Assembly: GCA_003858585.1 (NCBI GenBank)
Contig: RQZE01000009.1
Location: forward strand, 1-32,000
Source: Erysipelotrichaceae bacterium OH741_COT-311
GTDB lineage: Bacteria; Bacillota_I; Bacilli_A; Erysipelotrichales; Erysipelotrichaceae
DNA: 32,000 nt
Reading direction: 5' to 3'
Made by a program: the position numbers and the translations under genes. Below are positions 1 to 6,702 of this stretch, one piece after another (the first letter of the stretch is position 1; each line of letters opens with the position of its first letter). The notes beneath the pieces are model-generated. The model was not told the DNA's origin and made no database searches. It was given only the letters and a program-made list of their open reading frames with translations.

Positions 1-67
1 CTGGCAGGCGATAAAAGCACACGTGTGTGCAGCCAGTGATAGTAGGGCTAAGCCCGAAAATGAAAAA

Positions 68-98
68 CCACCCGCTAGGCGGGTGGATATTTATTATT
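68..98 (+). terminator. Hairpin CCACCCGC-TAG-GCGGGTGG followed by AT/T-rich tract; probable intrinsic terminator of an upstream phage gene
   Basis: Perfect 8-bp GC-rich stem at 68-75/79-86 with a 3-nt loop, then ATATTTATTATT. Confidence 0.5.
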
Positions 99-126
99 GG
101 GAAAATGAAAGGAATAAAAAATAATT

Positions 127-876
127 ATGGAATTAGGGTATTTTAAAAAATTACTCAAAAACAATAACGCGATCAAGATGAATGAAGAGTTCATTCTATT
201 CAATGATTTAGAGCTTTACAGCTTTGATACGGAACAATCCATCAAGTTTGAAAGCTTTGAAGAGTTATTAAAACACAAAATACAAAATGAAACGATTGGA
301 GCTTTAGTTTTAAGGACTGAAGCTTTTTTTAATCATTATAACGGAGGACGAGGTGCCACAGGACCAACAGCGTTAGGCGGAGGATTCTCCCATGCGCGAG
401 ATCGAGGAAATCCTTTGTCTGAGGTAAAGTTTCCAGCAGAATTCAATGTCGGCGGTAAGAATAGATCCTATGACAAAACGCTAGAATTGTTTAAAAAGAA
501 ATATGCCAGTGCTGACGTTGAATACGGTGTAGTCGTTGATCGCGATGGCTTTGTGCATAAACACATCAAAGGAAGCAGGTCGTCGGTTGCTATTTCAGGA
601 GGAAAAGGACAAGTAATTCTTCATAATCACCCAGGCGGTGGTAATTTCAGTGATGCCGATTTAATTTCGGTATCATCAACTAGAGAAAATGGAATTGTGG
701 CAGTTGGAACTAAGAAAACATACAGCTTTTTCAAGACGAAAAACTTCAAAAGCAAGGAGTTTATCAAAGCCGTTAAAAAAGCAAAGTGGCCAGCTAATTT
801 GAATTATGACAAAGGTGCTGATTGGTGGCTTAAGAAGAACGCTAAGACGTACGGATATAAGTATTCAGTGAGCTAG
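127..876 (+). CDS. Phage protein with JAB/MPN (JAMM-like) metalloprotease motif
   Basis: 249-aa ORF. C-terminal half has EYGVVVD...ILHNHPGGGNFSDADL (E...HxH-x6-S-x2-D), close to the RadC motif in this window (AHNHPSGSLTPSKADI). N-terminal half is Gly-rich with no motif I recognise. Confidence 0.55.
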   Translation: MELGYFKKLLKNNNAIKMNEEFILFNDLELYSFDTEQSIKFESFEELLKHKIQNETIGALVLRTEAFFNHYNGGRGATGPTALGGGFSHARDRGNPLSEVKFPAEFNVGGKNRSYDKTLELFKKKYASADVEYGVVVDRDGFVHKHIKGSRSSVAISGGKGQVILHNHPGGGNFSDADLISVSSTRENGIVAVGTKKTYSFFKTKNFKSKEFIKAVKKAKWPANLNYDKGADWWLKKNAKTYGYKYSVS

Positions 877-891
877 ATTTGATTAAACATA

Positions 892-2556
892 ATGGAGGTG
901 ATGTCCGTGGCCAATAGCAAGAATCTAATCAAAACCACTGACATGCCAAAAGCAAAACACTTGAAAATGAGTGCTAAAGGTGGAAAGAAGTCAGCAGAAG
1001 AAAAGAAAAAGAAAAAATCGATTGAAGAATCAATGCGACTTCTTTTGTCAATGCCTGCTAATGAAAAAATTCAAGAGAAGATAAAGAAATCTCTTGGAGT
1101 AGATGAAGAAGTGGACAATGCCATGGCGATCGCTGTAAGCACGTATCAGCAAGCATTAAAAGGAAACACTAAAGCGATTGAGCTTTGTCAGAGGTTTAAT
1201 GGTATTGAAAGCGACAAACAGCTTTTAGACATTAAAAAAGCAGAGCTGAAGATTAAGCAAGAGCAGCACAACGTTGAAATGGCAGAGTATAACAAACGCA
1301 ATAACGTTCAAGAGGATACGTACAAAGGTATACCTGCATTAAATATTGCACCATCTTTTGCTTCAGTATTACATGACATGCATGAACATAATCATCTAGA
1401 ATACGTTTTAGAAGGCGGTCGTGGTTCGACTAAGTCATCTTTTATTTCACTTACAATCATTGATTTGATGATGAAGTATGAAAATCTAAACGCTTTAGTT
1501 ATGCGTCAAGTAAGTAACACTTTGAAAGATTCTGTATACAACCAGCTAATATGGGCAATTGACCAATTAGGATTAAATTCAGAATTTCACGCGACAAAAA
1601 ATCCAGTAGAAATCACTAGGATACGAACAGGACAAAAGATTTTCTTTAGGGGTGCGGATGATCCAAACAAAGTAAAATCTATTAAAGTTCCTTTTGGGTA
1701 CATTGGTATTTTATGGTTTGAAGAATTGGACCAGTTTCTAGGCCCTGAATCAATCAGAAAGATTGAACAATCAGCAATTCGCGGTGGTGACTTAGCATGG
1801 ATATTTAAAAGTTTTAACCCACCTAAAAGTGCTATTAACTGGGCAAACAAATACACTAAATTATCAAAAGCAAACCGTTTAGTTCACAAAATCGATTATC
1901 GAAGCGTTCCTGCTAAGTGGTTAGGAGTTCCTTTCATCGAAGAAGCGGAGTTTTTAAAAGAGATAAATCCGATCGCGTATGAGCACGAGTACCTTGGTGA
2001 GGCAAACGGAACAGGCGGAAATGTGTTTGAAAACATCGTTATTCGAAAAATAACGGATGAGGAAATAAAAGAATTTGACAGAATTGGGAACGGTGTTGAC
2101 TGGGGTTGGTATCCTGACCCGTTCGCATATAACAGAGCTCATTATGATAGCGCTAGATTAACTTTATATATTTTCAAAGAGTTCAGAGCTAATAAAATGA
2201 GTAATGAAAAAACAGCGCAAGAACTAAAAGAGAAATACATTGAAGAAGGTGAAATCGTCATCTGTGATAGCGCTGAAAATAAATCTATTGGTGATTATAG
2301 AACGTATGGTATTGCAGCAAGAGCTGCAGAAAAAGGACCAGGCAGTGTTGATTATAGTATGAAGTGGTTGCAATCTTTAAAAGCAATTGTAATTGATGAT
2401 GAACGTTGCCCACATACAGCAACCGAATTTATTGAGTACGAATATGAAAGAGACAAAGAAGGTAATATAATCACTGGATATCCTGATAAGAATAATCACC
2501 ATATCGATGCAGTGAGATATGCTACAAATCCTATTTGGAAACGAAGGGGGCAATAA
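892..2556 (+). CDS. terL: Terminase large subunit (PBSX/SPP1-like family) with ~135-aa Lys-rich N-terminal extension
   Basis: Walker A VLEGGRGSTKSSF at about residue 175 and a nuclease-type C-terminus (NNHHIDAVRYA). Sits directly upstream of the portal. Start is uncertain: GGAGGTG at 894-900 favours GTG 907 over ATG 892/901. Confidence 0.9.
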   Translation: MEVMSVANSKNLIKTTDMPKAKHLKMSAKGGKKSAEEKKKKKSIEESMRLLLSMPANEKIQEKIKKSLGVDEEVDNAMAIAVSTYQQALKGNTKAIELCQRFNGIESDKQLLDIKKAELKIKQEQHNVEMAEYNKRNNVQEDTYKGIPALNIAPSFASVLHDMHEHNHLEYVLEGGRGSTKSSFISLTIIDLMMKYENLNALVMRQVSNTLKDSVYNQLIWAIDQLGLNSEFHATKNPVEITRIRTGQKIFFRGADDPNKVKSIKVPFGYIGILWFEELDQFLGPESIRKIEQSAIRGGDLAWIFKSFNPPKSAINWANKYTKLSKANRLVHKIDYRSVPAKWLGVPFIEEAEFLKEINPIAYEHEYLGEANGTGGNVFENIVIRKITDEEIKEFDRIGNGVDWGWYPDPFAYNRAHYDSARLTLYIFKEFRANKMSNEKTAQELKEKYIEEGEIVICDSAENKSIGDYRTYGIAARAAEKGPGSVDYSMKWLQSLKAIVIDDERCPHTATEFIEYEYERDKEGNIITGYPDKNNHHIDAVRYATNPIWKRRGQ

Positions 2557-2562
2557 TGATGT

Positions 2563-3894
2563 ATGTTAAGAAAGTTTATTGAATTTTTGAAAGGAGTATG
2601 GAATAGGATGTTTTCAAGAGAAATTTTAAAGAAAAGTGTTGGCCATGAAATTTCAATCAGTCAATTTATGGTAAGAAAGATTGAAGAGTGGGATTTGATG
2701 CTTAAGGGTGAAGCTGAGTGGTGTACTGATGACATTAAAAGCTTAAAATTAGAATCTGAAATTTGTAAAGAATTCGCTAATGTTACATTATCTGAAATGG
2801 AAGTAAAAATTGATAATGAAAAACTGGATAAAGTATTTAACGATTCTATTAAGGGTTTAAATGAAGCTTTTCAAAACGCTTTAGGTTTAGGTAGTTTTGT
2901 TATTAAGCCTTTAGGTGAAAATAAGGTGGAGTATATTAATGCAGATAATATTATTCCAATTGAATTTAGCGCTTCTGGAAGACTAATTAAATGTGCCTTT
3001 ATTCAAACTAAAATTATTGGGGAGGATTATTATTACCGTATAGAATCACACTTTTTAAATAAAGGTGGATTAACTATAACTAACAAAGCTTTTAAAGGTA
3101 AAAAAGGCCAATTAGGTGGTGAAACATTATTAAACAATATAGAAGAGTGGGCTAACCTTCCGAAAGAAATTACATATCCTAAAATGGATAGAGTTGCTTT
3201 TGGTTATTATAGAAATCCAATTCCTAATAGAATTGATAAATCATTTAATGGTGTATCAATTTTTGAAAATGCAATTGAACATATTAAAAAAGCTGATATT
3301 CAAAATGCTAGGCTTGATTATGAATATGATAGTGCAGAAAGAGCAGTATTTGCTGATTGGACAACAGTTCGAAAGGATAAAGATAATAAATTGTCTTTAC
3401 CAACAAGAAGAAAAAAATTATTTATTGGGGTTGAAAAAGAAGATGCTATTGATACATTTAATCCTGAAATAAGAGACAGTAACTTTATACAAGGGTTAAA
3501 TGAGTATTTAAGAAGAGTTGAATTTAATTGTTCTCTAGCTTATGGTGATTTATCTAAAAATGAAGTGGTTGATAAAACAGCTACAGAAATTAAAGCTAGC
3601 AAAAAGCGTAAATATGATATGGTCAATGCCATTCAAAATAATTTGAAAGACTGTTTAGAAGATTTATGCTATGCACTAGCTTTTTATAATGGGTTATATA
3701 CTAGCAATTTTAATTTTACTTGCAATTTTAAAGACAGCATTTTAACTGATGAAGAGGTCGAAAGAGCTCAAGACAGACAAGATGTTGCTATGGGGGTTAT
3801 GTCTTTAGTTGAGTATCGTATGAAGTGGTATGGTGAAGATGAAGCAACGGCAGCTAAAAAAATTCCTGAACCTGTAAATGAGGTGCTTGAATAG
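2563..3894 (+). CDS. Phage portal protein (SPP1 gp6-like)
   Basis: 443 aa, in the canonical position between TerL and the MuF/gp7 gene. Stop TAG overlaps the next start (TAGTG). Confidence 0.8.
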   Translation: MLRKFIEFLKGVWNRMFSREILKKSVGHEISISQFMVRKIEEWDLMLKGEAEWCTDDIKSLKLESEICKEFANVTLSEMEVKIDNEKLDKVFNDSIKGLNEAFQNALGLGSFVIKPLGENKVEYINADNIIPIEFSASGRLIKCAFIQTKIIGEDYYYRIESHFLNKGGLTITNKAFKGKKGQLGGETLLNNIEEWANLPKEITYPKMDRVAFGYYRNPIPNRIDKSFNGVSIFENAIEHIKKADIQNARLDYEYDSAERAVFADWTTVRKDKDNKLSLPTRRKKLFIGVEKEDAIDTFNPEIRDSNFIQGLNEYLRRVEFNCSLAYGDLSKNEVVDKTATEIKASKKRKYDMVNAIQNNLKDCLEDLCYALAFYNGLYTSNFNFTCNFKDSILTDEEVERAQDRQDVAMGVMSLVEYRMKWYGEDEATAAKKIPEPVNEVLE

Positions 3895-5036
3895 TGTATA
3901 AACATGATGAGCTTGAGGTCATTCCTAACAAGATAGTTAAAATCTTCAATGATCTTCAGGAAAAACTAATGCTGGATATTGTTAGAAAGCTTAAATTAGC
4001 AAACGAGATTGGATCTAGCACAGATTATCAGATTGAGAAGTTGCGAAAGCTGGGCGTAAGCCAAAAAGAAATCAATCAGTATCTAAAGAAAGCACTAGAC
4101 ATCACAGATAAAGAGTTAAATGAACTTTACAACAAAGTGATTGAAAAGGGCTATGTTCGAGATAAAGAGCTTTATACTAAAACGGGAGTCGATTTTATTG
4201 AGTTTAAAGACAATACAGAATTGCAGCAACTCATTAAGTCGGTAAGTGACATCACTAATGGCGAAATCGATAACATAACAAAGTCACTAGGATTCGTAAC
4301 AGGCATAACAGGTAATAGAGTTGTTGAGTTAAGTGATTATTATACAAAGAAATTGAACCAGGCAGTGCTAGAGTTAGCGACTGGTTCTTTTAATTACAGC
4401 CAAACCATCACTTATACAGTAAACGAGATGGTAAAAAGTGGTATTCGATACATCGATTATGAAAGTGGATATCACAATCGTATCGATGTTGCCGTTCGTC
4501 GAGCTGTTATGTCAGGTTTGAATCAGATAACAAATAAAACAGCTGAAGATAACATGGCTAGGTTAAAAACGGATTTTGTTGAGGTTAGTTATCATTCGAC
4601 GGCTAGACCAACGCATCAGGTATGGCAAGGACGCGTATATACGAAAGATGAACTTGTGACAGTGTGTGGTTTAGGAACTGTTACTGGACTTCTCGGTGCT
4701 AATTGTTATCACCACTACGATGCTTTTATTCCTGGTGTATCTAAACGTAATTACACCGATGAGGAATTAGATCTCCTTAACCATGAAGCAAACAAAAAGG
4801 TATCTTTCGAAAAGAATTCATATACTAAGTACGAGGCTACACAAAAGCAAAGACAGCTTGAAAGAAATCTAAAAGCCATGCAGGTAAAGATGAAACTATT
4901 GAAAGAAGCTGGAGAGAAAGAAACATACACCGAGTTGAAGGTTAAGTACAAAAAGACGTTCAACTACTATAAAGATTTTTCAGAGGCAACAGGATTGAAG
5001 CTTCAAATGGAACGAGTATTGGCAGGTGCTATCTAA
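3894..5036 (+). CDS. Head morphogenesis / minor capsid protein, Mu F / SPP1 gp7 family
   Basis: Motifs YHSTARPTHQVWQGRVY and GANCYHHY are typical of the Phage_Mu_F domain. C-terminal YTKYEATQKQRQLERNLKAMQ helix. GTG start 8 nt after GAGGTG. Confidence 0.85.
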   Translation: MYKHDELEVIPNKIVKIFNDLQEKLMLDIVRKLKLANEIGSSTDYQIEKLRKLGVSQKEINQYLKKALDITDKELNELYNKVIEKGYVRDKELYTKTGVDFIEFKDNTELQQLIKSVSDITNGEIDNITKSLGFVTGITGNRVVELSDYYTKKLNQAVLELATGSFNYSQTITYTVNEMVKSGIRYIDYESGYHNRIDVAVRRAVMSGLNQITNKTAEDNMARLKTDFVEVSYHSTARPTHQVWQGRVYTKDELVTVCGLGTVTGLLGANCYHHYDAFIPGVSKRNYTDEELDLLNHEANKKVSFEKNSYTKYEATQKQRQLERNLKAMQVKMKLLKEAGEKETYTELKVKYKKTFNYYKDFSEATGLKLQMERVLAGAI

Positions 5037-5635
5037 TGGGTGTGTGGAGAACGGTAGGCGGAAGAAGAATTTTTATTAAAGATGGTCAAGACTTAGAAAG
5101 TGCCATGATTGAGAGTGGAAAGTTCGATAAAATTATTAATAAGAACAAATTAAAAAAAGAACTGAAAGAAGCTCTAGAATATAATCCAATTCATTATAAA
5201 ATTAAAAATGTTGCTAAAGAGTATTTTGATAAAGCGAAACCTAATCAAGGCAAAATAACAAAGGATGACAATTTTAAAGACAATGAGCATAAGCATGAAA
5301 AAGATGTAATTCAATTTATTCATTCAAAGTTTGGTGGGGATTTTCATCATATACAAGAAATTGATCAAACTGAAGGAAAAAAATATCCAGATTTTAAGTG
5401 GAATGATAAAAAATGGGAAATAAAAAAGGCATCATCAAAGTCAACAATTGATAGTAATTTGCGAAAAGCTATTAATCAAGTAAATAAAAACGGTGGAGTT
5501 GTTTTAGAAATACAAAAAAATATTCTTGATGCAGATATATTAACAATGGTTGAATATAGGATGTTAAGAAGCGGTAAGAATATTGACTGTATTATTATAG
5601 TTAATAATCATATTATCGGTATTTTAAGAAAATAA
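5036..5635 (+). CDS. PD-(D/E)xK-like nuclease-fold protein; candidate MuF-associated toxin module
   Basis: ATG overlaps the MuF TAA (TAATG), with GGCAGGTG 7 nt upstream. Ordered motifs HEKDVIQFI / KKYPDFKW / KKWEIKKASS give the E...PD...ExK arrangement. Much more AT-rich than MuF (a hand-counted line is about 25% GC). Confidence 0.45.
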   Translation: MGVWRTVGGRRIFIKDGQDLESAMIESGKFDKIINKNKLKKELKEALEYNPIHYKIKNVAKEYFDKAKPNQGKITKDDNFKDNEHKHEKDVIQFIHSKFGGDFHHIQEIDQTEGKKYPDFKWNDKKWEIKKASSKSTIDSNLRKAINQVNKNGGVVLEIQKNILDADILTMVEYRMLRSGKNIDCIIIVNNHIIGILRK

Positions 5636-5740
5636 AAAAGATAGGTTGAAACCACATGCCATGCGGGGCTCGTGACAACAACCTATCCGTACTTATATGA
5701 TACCATAATTTTTAAAAAAGTAAATAATTTAGGTAATTAG

Positions 5741-5766
5741 GGCGGATAAAATCCGTTCTTTTTATA
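5741..5766 (+). terminator. Putative intrinsic terminator
   Basis: GGCGGAT-AAA-ATCCGTT stem (includes G-U pairs) followed by CTTTTTAT. Confidence 0.45.
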
Positions 5767-5852
5767 TTCTCGTGAGGCATAGCAACGATAGGACTAGCAC
5801 TTAATGAAATCTCGCGTGGTCGTGCCACGAAAAACAAACGAAGGAGGAAATT

Positions 5853-6178
5853 ATGGATTTAATGAAATTATTACTTACTACTCTAACTGTTGTGTTAGGG
5901 TTTCTAATCTCATATTTAAAAACGAAGTCAAAACTTAAAGATTTAGTGCTTCGTTATATCGTTCAAGCTGAAGATAGTTTCAAGGATATGAAAGTAGGAT
6001 CTAAGAAGTTTGAATATGTTGTATCGAGAATTTACAATCTTATCCCTGTATTTTTAAAGCCTATTTTTACAAAGGATGTTGAAAAATTGTACAAAATTCA
6101 TTTGACTACATGCAAAACTATGCTAGACAGCAACTAGACAAAGCTATTGATACAAAAATCAAAGTTTTAGACAAATAA
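5853..6178 (+). pseudogene. LL-H-type phage holin, apparently frameshifted in an A5 run
   Basis: Strong SD (GAAGGAGG). N-terminal TM helix LLLTTLTVVLGFLISYL, then an amphipathic region (VQAEDSF...GSKKFEYVV). The annotated frame stops at 6137. Adding one A to the A5 run at 6082-6086 restores ...DVEKIVQNSFDYMQNYARQQLDKAIDTKIKVLDK, ending at TAA 6176-6178. Confidence 0.5.
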
Positions 6179-6182
6179 AATA

Positions 6183-6270
6183 ACCTACTCACTTCAATTG
6201 AAGTGCACCTCCATAATCTATGTCCAAATTATGGGGGGCATTTCATAAATGTGGGTAGGTCTTTTTTATT
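6183..6270 (+). other. Branched three-helix RNA-like element ending in a U-tract (complex terminator or structured RNA)
   Basis: Outer stem ACCTACTCAC (6183-6192) / GTGGGTAGGT (6251-6260), 10 bp with one G-U. Inner hairpin CACTTC-AATT-GAAGTG. Inner hairpin CCTCCATAAT / ATTATGGGGG, 10 bp with one G-U. Followed by CTTTTTTATTTT. Confidence 0.45.
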
Positions 6271-6286
6271 TTCAGTATAAAATATA

Positions 6287-6308
6287 TTTCGGGACAATTT
6301 CGGGACAA
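6287..6308 (+). repeat. Tandem direct repeat TTTCGGGACAA x2
   Basis: Two exact, adjacent 11-bp copies (6287-6297, 6298-6308) in the phage/host junction. Confidence 0.8.
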
Positions 6309-6354
6309 ATATATGATTATTTGCCATATATTTATGATATATAACCTAAAATAA

Positions 6355-6388
6355 GAAATAAAAAAGTCCTTTATTTATAAGGACTTTT
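6355..6388 (-). terminator. Intrinsic terminator downstream of tRNA-Leu
   Basis: 10-bp stem AAAAGTCCTT (6362-6371) / AAGGACTTTT (6379-6388) with a 7-nt loop. T-rich run follows on the minus strand. Confidence 0.6.
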
Positions 6389-6420
6389 GAGTGTTTTGAA
6401 GATTAATTCATTCTATTAAA

Positions 6421-6505
6421 TGGTCCCTAGAATCGGACTTGAACCGATATGGATTTCTCCGAACGAGTTTGAGTCGTTTGCGTCTACCAATTCCGCCATC
6501 CAGGG
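6421..6505 (-). tRNA. tRNA-Leu (anticodon CAA), type II with long variable arm, CCA encoded
   Basis: Manual cloverleaf: acceptor CCCTGGA/TCTAGGG, anticodon stem AACGA/TCGTT with loop CTCAAAC, variable arm GGA-GAAA-TCC, T arm ATCGG-TTCAAGT-CCGAT. 85 nt. Confidence 0.9.
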
Positions 6506-6702
6506 ATGAATTTATTTTATAACATAATGAGTTATTTGTAAATTAAAATTACAAATAATTTTATTTAATTTTTATATAAAATTATTTAAAAAATGTAAAA
6601 AAGCCCTAAAAATAGGCTTTAAATTAATAATAGTATTTTACATTATAAAACAATTATAATAGAATATTTATATAGAATAACAAAAATAGTGGAGGAATTT
6701 CT

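Larger units (their letters stand above)
1..6310 (+). mobile_element. Prophage remnant (left side cut by window): packaging/portal/MuF module, toxin-like ORF, decayed holin
   Basis: Co-directional, tightly coupled phage genes (TerL 892, portal 2563, MuF 3894; 1-nt stop/start overlaps at 3894 and 5036). No capsid, tail, endolysin or integrase genes before the host tRNA-Leu terminator at 6355. Hand-counted 60-nt lines in terL/MuF are about 35-48% GC. Right boundary is approximate. Confidence 0.7.

Noticed and set aside
1-39. Possible 3' end of an upstream CDS (frame 1: LAGDKSTRVCSQ, then stop)
   Set aside because: Only 12 codons are visible, too little to call a gene.
1587-4963. ORFs inside the phage genes: antisense 1587-1856 (-), 1954-2142 (-), 4751-4963 (-), and same-strand alternate-frame 3194-3472 (+)
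   Set aside because: They are fully embedded in well-supported longer CDSs, have no SD and give low-complexity products; chance frames are expected in AT-rich DNA.
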